DNA of 64,000 bases from Candidatus Liptonbacteria bacterium (GCA_023244895.1 JAHFLL010000001.1:163-64162); one strand, 5' to 3'. Positions 27,885 through 37,490 are shown, counted from the first letter of the stretch. Numbers and translations: made by a program. Notes: generated from the letters alone by a model not told the origin.

Positions 27885-27975
27885 GTAGGACTCGAACCGC
27901 GGGCCGCAGGCTCCGAAGAGGAGCCGAAGGTTTCGAGCATAGTAATGCGAGAGGCGAGTCCTGGCATGCGCACCA
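27885..27975 (+). other. conserved tRNA-flanking structured element, copy A (tRNA-Ile associated)
   Basis: It begins GGTAGGACTCGAACC, the reverse complement of the tRNA-Ile T-arm. It ends GAGTCCTGGCATGCGCACCA, a 20-nt direct copy of the tRNA-Ile 3' end. The core is shared with copy B and contains two covarying hairpins. Confidence 0.6.
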
Positions 27976-27983
27976 AGTATTTT

Positions 27984-28457
27984 ATGGATAAATCCATAAT
28001 CCTTAAGAAATTTATAGAAGAACTGCGGGCCAGAAAGGACGAACTGGAACGTTCATATTTGGAGCACAAAGAAGAGGCGAAGAACGCTCCTTCCGCCATG
28101 CAGTCCGCGTCGGATATGTCGCGCCATCAGGCCAACACCATGGCGGAAAATGTGCGTGCGGAAATAGATGTTTTGGAAAAGGCGATAGACTTTCTTTTGA
28201 AACCGGAATCCCATCCCAAAGAAGGGGGCGCCCTAGGTTACGGAGACCTATTTATAGTTGAATACAATAGCGGGAAGAAGGGATATCTAATTGTGCCGAA
28301 GGGCGCGGGCGGAAGAGAGGTAAAAGGCCTTGGCATAGACCTATTTTCAATTTCGCCAAATTCCCCGATAGGAGAGAAACTGATCCGCGCGAAAATAGGG
28401 GAGAACGTTAAGCTCCACCCCAACGAACCAGAAACGAAGGTGGTGAATATTCTTTAG
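27984..28457 (+). CDS. GreA/GreB-family-like transcript cleavage factor (C-terminal FKBP-like domain)
   Basis: The C-terminal ...LIVPKGAGGREVKGLGIDLFSISPNSPIGEKLIRAKIGENVKL resembles the GreA C-terminal domain, and the N-terminal region is helical. I chose the ATG at 27984. Confidence 0.55.
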   Translation: MDKSIILKKFIEELRARKDELERSYLEHKEEAKNAPSAMQSASDMSRHQANTMAENVRAEIDVLEKAIDFLLKPESHPKEGGALGYGDLFIVEYNSGKKGYLIVPKGAGGREVKGLGIDLFSISPNSPIGEKLIRAKIGENVKLHPNEPETKVVNIL

Positions 28458-30286
28458 GCCACTAAGGGCTTAATCTCGAAAGGCTTCAGAAGCGCGTAAA
28501 ACTCTTCCTGCTCTAAAACTTCTTTTTCTATCAAGACGTCCGCGATCTTCTTAAGTGCTTTTTTGTTTTGCTTCAAAATCTTATCCGCTACGTTGTAGGC
28601 GCGCTCCACTATCTTTGCCACTTCATCATCAATTTGAGCGGCAATTTTTTCGGAATAATTCCGCTCGTGTCCGAGTTCCCGACCCAAAAAGACCATCTCC
28701 TCGTTACTGCCGAAAGTCGTCGGTCCAAGATCGCTCATGCCGTACTTAGTAACCAGTTTGCGCGCGATCTCGGATGCCTGCTTTAGGTCGCTCGAAGCAC
28801 CCGTGGTAACGTCTCCAAAGGTAAGTTTCTCCGCAATGAATCCTCCTAGGGACATTGCAATCTCGTTTATGAATTGAGTCTTGGTGCGTAGACGTCGTTC
28901 TTCATTAGGTAGCTTCATAGTATATCCACCCGCGAAGCCGCGGCTGATTATGGAGATCTTGTGAATCGGGTCAAAATCTTTAAGTCCGGCCGCTACGAGC
29001 GCGTGCCCACCTTCGTGATAGGCGGTTACCTCTTTTTCTTTGGGAGAAATAGCGAGTGTTCTGCGCTCCGGGCCGAGTAGAACCTTTTCCACCGATTCCA
29101 GGATGTCGCTCTGCCCCACGGACCTCTTATTATTCCGGGCGGCAAAAATCGCGCCCTCATTCATAAGGTTGGACAAGTCCGCTCCCGAAAAGCCGGGGGT
29201 GCGGGTAGCTATCTTCCTAAAATCAATATTCTTATCGAGTATTTTCCCTCGGGCATGAACCTTTAGAATAGCCTCCCGCTCGTTTATGTCCGGCAGGTCC
29301 AAGACAACTCTACGATCAAATCGTCCGGGCCTCAAAAGGGCTGGGTCTAGCACGTCCGGGCGGTTAGTGGCCGCGAGCACTATCACGCGCGTGCCCTGCT
29401 CAAAGCCGTCCAGCTCTACCAGGATCTGGTTTAGGGTTTGCTCTCGTTCGTCGTTGCCTCCGCCCATGCCCGCGCCCCTTTGTCGTCCGACTGCGTCTAT
29501 TTCGTCTATAAAAAGAATGGAGGGCGCCGCTTTGCGCGCGGTGGCAAACGCGTCCCTAATGCGGGAAGCGCCCACGCCCACGAACATCTCCACGAATTCG
29601 GAAGCGGAAACGCTAAAGAAGGGCACATTGCTTTCTCCCGCAACCGCCCGCGCCAAGAGTGTCTTGCCCGTGCCGGGTAAGCCGGCCAGCAATACGCCCT
29701 TGGGAATGCGCGCGCCAATATCAAAGAATTTTTTGGGACTGCGCAAAAATTCCACTATTTCTTTAAGCTCTTCTTTGGCTTCTTTGAGTCCAGCCACGTC
29801 TTCAAAAGTAACTTTCTGTTTTCCGCCCAGAGACAAGCGGATATTAGAACGGCCGAAACTAAAGGCCTGATTAGCGCCGGACTTAGCCTGACGAAACATA
29901 AACCAGAACATGAGTCCAATAAGCAAGATGGGGAGTAGGGTGGAAATTAAAACGCCCCCCCACATATCCCAGCCCGAAGCGGCTTTTACCGAATAGTCGG
30001 CCTTGCGCATATTCTCTTCGCTCACGCCCAGATTACGCAGAGTTACGGTCGCGTCCACGCCGGATTCTTTCTCCGACTCTGCTTTTCTGCCGTCCTGGAG
30101 AACTATATTGAATTTATCTCCCTCTATGGAAATCTTTTTTACTTCTCCCGCAGTCATTTTCTCCGCTACCTGACTTAGGGTTAACTTCTCCGGCTTGGCG
30201 GTTGGCTGCACAAAGAATGAGAATACAAGCGAGATAGCAATAAGGGTTAGAATCGCCCAAGTGAAATTTTTGGTAAAGTTGGTCAT
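28454..30286 (-). CDS. ftsH: ATP-dependent zinc metalloprotease FtsH
   Basis: The AAA+ Walker A is GPPGTGKT, the SRH region is present, and the protease domain has the HEXXH motif HEGGHAL. Confidence 0.9.
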   Translation of the reverse strand: MTNFTKNFTWAILTLIAISLVFSFFVQPTAKPEKLTLSQVAEKMTAGEVKKISIEGDKFNIVLQDGRKAESEKESGVDATVTLRNLGVSEENMRKADYSVKAASGWDMWGGVLISTLLPILLIGLMFWFMFRQAKSGANQAFSFGRSNIRLSLGGKQKVTFEDVAGLKEAKEELKEIVEFLRSPKKFFDIGARIPKGVLLAGLPGTGKTLLARAVAGESNVPFFSVSASEFVEMFVGVGASRIRDAFATARKAAPSILFIDEIDAVGRQRGAGMGGGNDEREQTLNQILVELDGFEQGTRVIVLAATNRPDVLDPALLRPGRFDRRVVLDLPDINEREAILKVHARGKILDKNIDFRKIATRTPGFSGADLSNLMNEGAIFAARNNKRSVGQSDILESVEKVLLGPERRTLAISPKEKEVTAYHEGGHALVAAGLKDFDPIHKISIISRGFAGGYTMKLPNEERRLRTKTQFINEIAMSLGGFIAEKLTFGDVTTGASSDLKQASEIARKLVTKYGMSDLGPTTFGSNEEMVFLGRELGHERNYSEKIAAQIDDEVAKIVERAYNVADKILKQNKKALKKIADVLIEKEVLEQEEFYALLKPFEIKPLVA

Positions 30287-30461
30287 GAGATTGGTTGATG
30301 GTTGATAACTGAAAACTTATAAACCAGAGGGCGCTTATATGAACAGCGCCGTACTCCGCCATTATAAATTACTAATTATCCGTTGTTTGTTCGTACTCCA
30401 ATTCTAAAGCCCCACCCTCCGGGTGTCAAAAAATTATATATTCCCGCCAATGAAATAAAAC

Positions 30462-30773
30462 CTACTTGGACAAGTTATCCAAAAAATCTGCACTTTCCTT
30501 CTGAAATCCCTCTACTTCTTCTCGGATAATCTCTTCTAGGTTCGGCACCTTGTTGCGCATAAAGCTTAAAAGCGCGTCTTCGTCATCCGGCTTTTCGGTA
30601 AGTATTTTATTCAACTCTTCTTGATCTGCTTCGGGCATATCTTCCAGCGCGCGCATATTTACCCGCTCATAGATTTCCTGCCCTATTTGAAGCAGAACCG
30701 CCTCCCGCTGGTCTTGGGGTAACTTCGCGAGCTGTAGTTTCTCCAATATGATTTCTTCTAGAAATGACTTCAT
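30462..30773 (-). CDS. small acidic helical hypothetical protein
   Basis: The 103-aa ORF is tightly linked (8 bp) upstream of the giant protein gene on the same strand. Confidence 0.5.
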   Translation of the reverse strand: MKSFLEEIILEKLQLAKLPQDQREAVLLQIGQEIYERVNMRALEDMPEADQEELNKILTEKPDDEDALLSFMRNKVPNLEEIIREEVEGFQKESADFLDNLSK

Positions 30774-30781
30774 GTTTTTAT

Positions 30782-33700
30782 TTATGGTTTTTCGTAGGCC
30801 TTGATGAATTCGCTAACGCTCATCCTTCCTATTTTGTCTCCACCCGCGAATCTTTGGTTCATATCCATGTGGTTAGCGAGCACCCCATATCCCTTGTTTA
30901 AGGATATATTTATTTTTTCTCCACTGGGTAGCTTGAACTTGGCAGTATGCCCAACCAGATTTTCTGGATTTCCATGTTGCTCCGGTAAATTCTTCAGAAA
31001 TTCATCCACCCGGACTTTTCTTAGAGACAAGTATTCCGGGCTGCGCAGTTCGCTTGGTGAAAATCTGAATAGTCCCCGCTGATTTTCTAGTAGGGAGCAC
31101 TCTTTAGAGTACGCAACTGCGTCCTGCATAAAGCTCTTGTTTTGCATCAAGTCTTCTATTGTATCAGTGCGTAACCCCGGGGAGAGATTAGGGGCGCCGT
31201 GCTCCAGGGAGAACGGACCGGGATGTTCGTGTATGAATTGGGTAACAAAATATCTAACATCTGCCCGCTCGGCGTTAGATAATAGATGCTCGCCTATTCC
31301 ACCCATATATCTGTCTAGCCCTTTCGATATAGCAGCCTCCATCTGATTGTATCCGGTCGGCATCTGGTATGGTTCCACATATTCATTTGCAAGGGGGGAT
31401 GTCTCGCCTATGCCTACAGGCGTGCCTTCCAGGGTAGGGGGCAATTCTGCCGGCACGCTCTGACCTAGCTCGTGAATCTCTGCCGGGTTGATTCCTGCCG
31501 GGCCGGATGCCTCCTCGGGAAGGTTGCTTTTCGGAGACCATTCATACGTGTGCCCGCTCTCTATTTTTATCTTGCCGTCCGCGTCAAATACCGCCTTTGA
31601 GCCAGGCTCCAAGCGAATGCGCACCTCTGAACCATCTGGTTTCACATAGCCCTGTTCTTTAAGCAGTTCCAGGGTGCGCGCGTCTACGGCGTGATTTATC
31701 TTGGCTTCATCGTCCAGGTCGTCTACCGTAAGTCCGAATTTAGCTTTCAACTCTTCGGGAGTTAAAGAATGGATTTGTTGTCTTAGATGTTCTTGTTCCA
31801 GCTTCCAAAAACTATCTCCTTTTTGTATGTCTATGGACTCGGGAGCCCTAACCGTTCCAACTTTAGGCTCCGTTACAGTGACTCGGGGGTTGTTCTCGGC
31901 TGGCATTGTGCCGGGCATGTTCCCGTTAGAAGCTCTGCCAGGCGTGTCTACTCCAGTCGGCTGACTAGCCGTAGATGCCCCTCTCTGATTTTCAACTAGA
32001 GTAGAACCACCTTTCGTCCCGGGCTCAGGAGTGATCTTGCCTCCAACGGTAGAGACATCAACCCCACCACCCCAAAGACCACCCAAGTGGTCAAAGGCAT
32101 AAGAAGTTCCGCGACCGGTAAGATACCCGACGCCCAGCATAACCATGAGTCTTGGAGCCAGGGTCGCGGCGGTTGTGACTCCTTTTCCAACCTCCATCCA
32201 CTTGGATATTTTCTGATATATTTCGTCCTCCCGAGATGCTTCTCCCTGGAACGCCCGGGCTCTTTCCATAAGCTCTTTTTCTCTTGGATCAACAAACATT
32301 TTGTTGCCCGCCCAGGTCATAGCTTTATCAATAGCTTTGCCTCCAAGTTTGCCGTATCCCTCATTAGCCGCGGTTGCAGCGCTACCAGCCAGGAACGCGC
32401 CGGCTACTCTTCCGGTCGCATATAAAGCGAGAGCCCCCAAGCCCAGACCGGTTGTAAAGTAGAATCCGGTCATCAATCCCGTTGTTACAAGTATTCTGGC
32501 CTTACGGTGTTCGCGCAGGTAGCGCAGGGTTGATTTGCCATGATTTTCCCAGGCCTTCCCCATCCATCCTTGCCCCTCTAGCGCACGGAACTTTTGGCTT
32601 TCTCCAATTACCATAACTTGATAAAGATCCGCGCTTACGGAGCGAAGTTCTTGTTCCAGCGCTGCCTTATCTTCTGCGCTCCAACTATCAAAGTCCGGCC
32701 CATGGGTATCTCTGTACCGCTTAGATATTTCTCCGGTCTTATCCGTGTAGGTGGCCTTGCCCAGTGAATCTTTATCGCGATTGTATTCCGCAGACAGCAC
32801 TCTTTCTCGATAAATCGCTAGAGCTGTCTCTTTGGACAGACCAAGCAGCTCTGTAGCTTTTTGGATAAATCTTTCTTGTTTTTCGGCGTCCTCCAAGTCT
32901 CCAGCTCCCGGTTTGAGTTCTGGGATATCAAAAAGCGTCTCCGCCCCCTTGTTGGATTTAATCGCTTTGCGCCACTCTTTTTTGTGTTTGCCCTTTCGTG
33001 CCTCTGCTAGACTTGCTCTCGCGACATCCAATCTGCTCGCGAGCGCTTCCGCCTGTTCGGCTGATAGAACTTTTAAGACCGGCTTTTCCCTTTCGGCTTC
33101 CTTTTGTTCTGGCGCGACAACCGGGGATTCGTTGCTTTTGCCGCCGAACAATCTAGTCCAAAAGCCACGCTTGGCGTCGGTCGCGGGATTATTCTCTGCG
33201 GGCGCGGTTGCGCTCTGATCAAGGAACGGTATCTCAAGCGGCTTACGACGGGAAATCGTAACTTCGGGGGATATATAACTCGTGTTCGCATTCGTGCTTT
33301 CCGCGGTTGGTTCTGTTGTTCCGCTGTCTGGCGGGGTTGCCGTTGCCGTCTGCTCGCCCCTGTCTATTGTTCTCTGAAGTATCGCCCGACTGTTCGTAAT
33401 ATCCCCCGTGAATCCTATTAACGCCTCTTCGTGTAATAATTTTGAAGCGTCATCTGGGAACTCGCCCACGAGCGGAGTCGCCTTCAGCTTCTTTAGTCGT
33501 AGGGCCACGGCTTCTAACTCTGTTTTTAAGGCCGGGACATCATCTATCTTTCGATCGCGTTCGCCGACACTGCCGCGCGCAAACAAGTCTCTTATCTGTT
33601 CTCCTATCTGGTCCAATTCTCGTCCAGCTTGTTCCGGCGTTATGGATTTCGGCTCATTCTCTGGTGTCCTGGCCCGCTCGCCTGGGGTTGATAATATTTC

Positions 33701-34462
33701 TTTAACTTCTGACTCAATATCTAAAATCCTCTTTTCGGCATCTTTAAGTATGTCTAAATAATCCGCCTTCTGTTCCTTGGTGGGGGATTTTATCAATTTG
33801 TGTATTCTCAGCATCTCCCGCATCAATTCCTCAATCCTCGGATCAGAGTATCTACCGGAAGTGCCTATCAACTTATTTAATTCCTGTAGACCGCTAAGAA
33901 TCTTGGTCTTTATAGCACCTTCAGTTTCTTCGCTGGGGGCTGTCTCCGGAGTGGGCTCTGGCTTCGCGCCAGCACTAATCTCCGGTTCTACCACTCCCTC
34001 TCCTACTGTAGGTGTTAGTGTTTTTGCCTCAGCGCTTCCTGGGACTGCGTCCGCGGTAGGAGTCTGCGTTTCTGCCGCGCTTGGCACCTCCGGGCTTGAT
34101 GGCGTTGCTTCGGGTATAAAAATAGCAGCATCTGGGACGAGCTGCTTTAATTCCGCCTCTATTTCTGCGAGTCTTGTTTGCTGACCCCTCAGTCTAGCTT
34201 CATACCCCGGCAATTTTTTATTTTTTCCAGAGGCAAGAAAGTTGGTTATGTCTACCAGCCTCCTGTCCAGCTCTCTAGCCTTCGGCGTGTCCGAGCTCCT
34301 GGATACGGATCTTAAGTATCTAGTTTTTAATTTTATTTCCTTTTCCGAAAGGGTTCTTTCGGGAGAGACTTCCATTCCCGGCTCTAAGCTTTCCATGGCC
34401 TGACCATCCGTTTCGACTGCCTGACCTGTGGGTTGATCGAAGTTAGGATTAAGTTTTGGCAT
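30782..34462 (-). CDS. giant (1226 aa) hypothetical membrane protein with long N-terminal coiled-coil/low-complexity region
   Basis: The ORF is intact and long. Two Gly-rich hydrophobic segments (ILVTTGLMTGFYFTTGLGLGALALYATG..., VTTAATLAPRLMVMLGVGYLTG) split an N-terminal part of about 700 aa with coiled-coil/Pro-Thr-Glu-rich character from a globular C-terminal part of about 400 aa. I recognise no enzymatic motifs. Confidence 0.7.
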   Translation of the reverse strand: MPKLNPNFDQPTGQAVETDGQAMESLEPGMEVSPERTLSEKEIKLKTRYLRSVSRSSDTPKARELDRRLVDITNFLASGKNKKLPGYEARLRGQQTRLAEIEAELKQLVPDAAIFIPEATPSSPEVPSAAETQTPTADAVPGSAEAKTLTPTVGEGVVEPEISAGAKPEPTPETAPSEETEGAIKTKILSGLQELNKLIGTSGRYSDPRIEELMREMLRIHKLIKSPTKEQKADYLDILKDAEKRILDIESEVKEILSTPGERARTPENEPKSITPEQAGRELDQIGEQIRDLFARGSVGERDRKIDDVPALKTELEAVALRLKKLKATPLVGEFPDDASKLLHEEALIGFTGDITNSRAILQRTIDRGEQTATATPPDSGTTEPTAESTNANTSYISPEVTISRRKPLEIPFLDQSATAPAENNPATDAKRGFWTRLFGGKSNESPVVAPEQKEAEREKPVLKVLSAEQAEALASRLDVARASLAEARKGKHKKEWRKAIKSNKGAETLFDIPELKPGAGDLEDAEKQERFIQKATELLGLSKETALAIYRERVLSAEYNRDKDSLGKATYTDKTGEISKRYRDTHGPDFDSWSAEDKAALEQELRSVSADLYQVMVIGESQKFRALEGQGWMGKAWENHGKSTLRYLREHRKARILVTTGLMTGFYFTTGLGLGALALYATGRVAGAFLAGSAATAANEGYGKLGGKAIDKAMTWAGNKMFVDPREKELMERARAFQGEASREDEIYQKISKWMEVGKGVTTAATLAPRLMVMLGVGYLTGRGTSYAFDHLGGLWGGGVDVSTVGGKITPEPGTKGGSTLVENQRGASTASQPTGVDTPGRASNGNMPGTMPAENNPRVTVTEPKVGTVRAPESIDIQKGDSFWKLEQEHLRQQIHSLTPEELKAKFGLTVDDLDDEAKINHAVDARTLELLKEQGYVKPDGSEVRIRLEPGSKAVFDADGKIKIESGHTYEWSPKSNLPEEASGPAGINPAEIHELGQSVPAELPPTLEGTPVGIGETSPLANEYVEPYQMPTGYNQMEAAISKGLDRYMGGIGEHLLSNAERADVRYFVTQFIHEHPGPFSLEHGAPNLSPGLRTDTIEDLMQNKSFMQDAVAYSKECSLLENQRGLFRFSPSELRSPEYLSLRKVRVDEFLKNLPEQHGNPENLVGHTAKFKLPSGEKINISLNKGYGVLANHMDMNQRFAGGDKIGRMSVSEFIKAYEKP

Positions 34463-34547
34463 ATTTTATTTATTATCTATGTTTATCGGTTAATTATAAC
34501 CTTTTGGTAAGAAAATATAAGATTGAAGCTACTTTATAAAAATTTGG

Positions 34548-34590
34548 TGCCCAGCTGCAGAGGACGTGTTGTCGTTCTGCAGCTGGACGG
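34548..34590 (-). terminator. hairpin terminator downstream of minus-strand GC-island gene
   Basis: The hairpin is CCAGCTGCAGAGGACGtgttgTCGTTCTGCAGCTGG, followed on the minus strand by a T-run. Confidence 0.45.
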
Positions 34591-34634
34591 GTTCTTCCGA
34601 GCTAACTACCGGCTCGGTTCGGTTTCGTCCGCGG

Positions 34635-35777
34635 TTAGTTCCCGCGGCGAGGGAGGTCTTCCGCCGGGGCCGCCGGGGCCGCGGGCGGTTCGGCCGGAGG
34701 CTGTGCCTGGGCAGCCGCCTCTTCCGCTTCGGCTTGCCGCCGAAGCTCTTCAACTGGGTCGCCCTCCGGCCCGGCGATCGTCGCGGGCGCCGCGGGCGTC
34801 GCGGGCGCCGAGTCGGGTCCGCCGAGGAGGCTCCGGACGTCCGGCGTCTGGGGCGTCGGGGCCACGGGCTGACGCGCCTTCCGGTAGAGCCAGGCGCATC
34901 CGACGAGCGCGACGAGGAGGAGGGCCAAGAAGATGTACCGCCACATGCTGGCGGAATCACGAGCGGCCTGGACATTCCCGACCTCCACGATGGAAGATTC
35001 GAGAACGACATCAGCATCCTTCGCCTTGCCGTCCTTGTCCTTCTCTGTCACGCCCAGCTTGAGAGCCAGGCGGTGGATGCCGGCGGTGAGCTTGTCGAGC
35101 AAGCTCCCGAGTTCCAGCGCCTTCTTCTCGGCCCTCTCCTTGTCGTTCTTGAGGGTCTCGCTCTTGGCTGCCACGGCGTCGATTGCATCCACGAGCGACG
35201 TGTCCTTGTCGACCTTGGCCCCCACCACCTCCGCAGCCTTCTTGGCGGCGACGGTGGCGTCCGCGATGATCTTGTCGCGCTTGGCGATGCCGCTGCGCAG
35301 TCCTGCGCGGTCGCGCTCGGCCCGATGCTGATAGGCCGAGAGAGCAGCCATCACCTCGTCGGCGTTGGCGGGCGCCTGGGCGCCACAGGTCGTCGGAACG
35401 TCGATGTTGATCGGCGTACGGACAATGGCGTCCGCGTCCAGTTTCGCGACGCGGAGCGCCGACGAGAGCCACGACGGGTGGCATTTGGCGGCTGTCAGCG
35501 CCTGATAGACGCGGAGTTCGGCGTTGCCGACCTTCACGACGATGCGTGTGCTTCCCGTCGCCGTCGCCGGGATGATCACGGGGGTCGGCGCCGTCGCCGA
35601 CGAGGTCGTGGTCATCTGCGAGGCTGCCTTGGGGGCATCCTGGTCGCAGGCCACCGTGAGCATGATCGGCTGGCCGCACTTGGCCTTGATCGTCGAAGCG
35701 TCCTGCGCGACCACGGGGGTGGCGCAGAGAGCGAGAACGCAGAGAGCGAGAACGCAGAGAGCGAGCTTCTTCGCCAT
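34635..35777 (-). CDS. secreted/membrane-anchored coiled-coil protein on high-GC island (Pro/Ala-rich C-terminal tail)
   Basis: The signal peptide is MAKKLALCVLALCVLALCATPVVAQ. A long helical Lys/Ala/Asp-rich region, a C-terminal TM helix (WRYIFLALLLVALVGCAWLY) and a PAAPA-rich tail follow. Local GC is about 66-70%, so several overlapping ORFs on both strands are spurious. Confidence 0.5.
   Translation of the reverse strand: MAKKLALCVLALCVLALCATPVVAQDASTIKAKCGQPIMLTVACDQDAPKAASQMTTTSSATAPTPVIIPATATGSTRIVVKVGNAELRVYQALTAAKCHPSWLSSALRVAKLDADAIVRTPINIDVPTTCGAQAPANADEVMAALSAYQHRAERDRAGLRSGIAKRDKIIADATVAAKKAAEVVGAKVDKDTSLVDAIDAVAAKSETLKNDKERAEKKALELGSLLDKLTAGIHRLALKLGVTEKDKDGKAKDADVVLESSIVEVGNVQAARDSASMWRYIFLALLLVALVGCAWLYRKARQPVAPTPQTPDVRSLLGGPDSAPATPAAPATIAGPEGDPVEELRRQAEAEEAAAQAQPPAEPPAAPAAPAEDLPRRGN
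35724..35765. repeat. 15-bp tandem repeat x2.8 (gcagagagcgagaac) encoding ALCVL repeats in the signal peptide
   Basis: I read the repeat directly from the sequence. Confidence 0.8.
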
Positions 35778-36015
35778 GGTGTCTAGGGGTCCTTGGCCCC
35801 ATGCCTAGTAGTTGAAGGAGAGCTAGGCCTCTCCGTAGATTGTGGGGTGCTGGATGGGGGCGGAAATGCCACCTTCCATACCTAATATTGTACCTTATTT
35901 TGCATAAAATGTCAATATGTATTATAGTATGGTTGATTAGCCTTATAAACTAAGGTAAAATCACCCTACTAAACGGTTCTAGCCATGTTTTACGGAGCCG
36001 GATAGTAAATGTAAC

Positions 36016-36087
36016 GGTGCCTATAGTTTAGTGGTAAAACTCCAGTTTGTGGCACTGGCGTCGAGGGTTCAATTCCCTCTAGGCACC
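36016..36087 (+). tRNA. tRNA-His (anticodon GUG) with G-1
   Basis: A G-1 precedes the acceptor stem GTGCCTA/TAGGCAC. The anticodon stem is CCAGT/ACTGG, the loop TTGTGGC gives anticodon GTG, and the T-arm is GAGGG-TTCAATT-CCCTC. Confidence 0.85.
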
Positions 36088-36173
36088 CAAAATTGAACGA
36101 AAATCGGTAATCAGAATCGTTTCCAGCCGTCTAGTATAATGTAGTACATTCGTGCTACACTCAATCCACCTGT

Positions 36174-36569
36174 ATGAGGCTTATTTCCATATCATTTTTG
36201 CTCTGTTTTTTTGCTCTGGCGGTTTTGGGTTTCGTGGGCGCGTCCCAAGCCATGAACTATAATGTTACCTGCGTAGGTGACGCGGCCCACGGTGCGGCTT
36301 GCCCGGGAGACGTAGCCCCGGGAGCCCTCGCGGAGACCATCCACCATCTTTCTGGGTTAAAATTATTCTCTCTCGCAATTTCTAGCTCTGTGTTTTTATT
36401 GTTATCCGCCATTTATCTACTACTTACAGTTTTCCCAATGCCGATCTCGCAGGGGACGAGCGGGTTCGTATCATCTCTGAATTATTGGAATATAAATCTT
36501 CGCCCCGGGGCGGTCCGTAGACGCAGTTGGCTGACACTTCTAGAGAAGCGCGACCCCTACAATATATAG
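36174..36569 (+). CDS. small hypothetical membrane/secreted protein
   Basis: The 131-aa ORF has an N-terminal signal/TM helix and a second TM helix. A TATAAT at about 36137 lies upstream. Confidence 0.45.
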   Translation: MRLISISFLLCFFALAVLGFVGASQAMNYNVTCVGDAAHGAACPGDVAPGALAETIHHLSGLKLFSLAISSSVFLLLSAIYLLLTVFPMPISQGTSGFVSSLNYWNINLRPGAVRRRSWLTLLEKRDPYNI

Positions 36570-36593
36570 TAGCCGATACCACGTCGGCGATTT

Positions 36594-37418
36594 TTGGTAT
36601 TTAGGTCGGTTTTGCTATCTAAACAAAAAATGAAACATAAAAAACATCTAATCGCGCTCGTTCTTCTGGCGGTCGCGATAGTCTCTACGGTATTGGTATT
36701 CCAAAGTTACGAGCCAGCCAAGGAGTTGATGGGCAAGGTGGCGGTAGGCGATTCCGGTTTCGTGCCAATTCTCGTAATCGCGGCATTGGTAGACAGTATT
36801 AACCCCTGCGCCTTCTCCATCCTACTCCTTACGGTCGCATTCTTGTTCGGTATTGGTCGTAGTAAAAAGAACATACTATATGTAGGCGGATCGTTCATAT
36901 TGGGAATATTCCTGGTCTATATTCTGATAGGACTGGGGATATTAAGCACGCTCAGCATGCTGGGTATGCCTCACTTTATGGGCAAGGTGGGCGGAACAAT
37001 TCTGATTATCACCGGATTCTTAAGTTTGATCGGACACTACTATCCCGACTTTCCAATCCGCCTCAAGATTCCAGAATTAGCCAAGGGGACCATCGCCAAG
37101 TACATAGAAAAAGCTTCTGTGCCAACGGCGATAGTCTTGGGAATTTTGGTCGGGATGTACGAGTTTCCCTGCACGGGCGGACCGTATCTTACCATCCTGG
37201 GACTGTTGCACGACTACTCCAACTACTGGAAAGGTTTCGGCTATCTGGTGCTCTACAACATCATCTTCGTTCTACCCCTCGTAATAATGCTTTTCATCGC
37301 GAGCGAGGAAGCATTGCTTAAGAAGGTAGACTCTTGGCGCAAGACTCAAGTTGGTCCGACGCGCGTTTACGGCGGGCTCATAATGATAGTTCTAGGATTG
37401 ATAATCTTTGCGCTATAA
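36594..37418 (+). CDS. ccdA: cytochrome c-type biogenesis / thiol-disulfide transporter CcdA (DsbD-core family)
   Basis: The polytopic protein has the two conserved Cys in NPCAF and FPCTGGPY motifs. Confidence 0.8.
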   Translation: MVFRSVLLSKQKMKHKKHLIALVLLAVAIVSTVLVFQSYEPAKELMGKVAVGDSGFVPILVIAALVDSINPCAFSILLLTVAFLFGIGRSKKNILYVGGSFILGIFLVYILIGLGILSTLSMLGMPHFMGKVGGTILIITGFLSLIGHYYPDFPIRLKIPELAKGTIAKYIEKASVPTAIVLGILVGMYEFPCTGGPYLTILGLLHDYSNYWKGFGYLVLYNIIFVLPLVIMLFIASEEALLKKVDSWRKTQVGPTRVYGGLIMIVLGLIIFAL

Positions 37419-37490
37419 TAATAGCGCAACACGAATCTACGAATTCATCCGAATGACACGAATAAGAATAATAAACAATAAATTAACCAC

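Noticed and set aside
27834-27975. Interpretation of element A as a retroelement primer-binding site (antisense to tRNA 3' end including CCA)
   Set aside because: In copy B the duplicated segment matches the genomic tRNA-Arg flank (..GCA-CA) and not a CCA-tailed mature tRNA, so the copies derive from DNA and not from mature tRNA. The single CCA match in copy A is more simply a 1-nt difference.
34523-35808. Five additional overlapping ORFs (34523..35062+, 34529..35017-, 34566..35786+, 35011..35802-, 35524..35808+)
   Set aside because: They are Arg/Pro/Gly-rich translations typical of wrong-frame high-GC DNA. Only the minus-strand 34635..35777 ORF has a signal peptide, a TM helix and a terminator.
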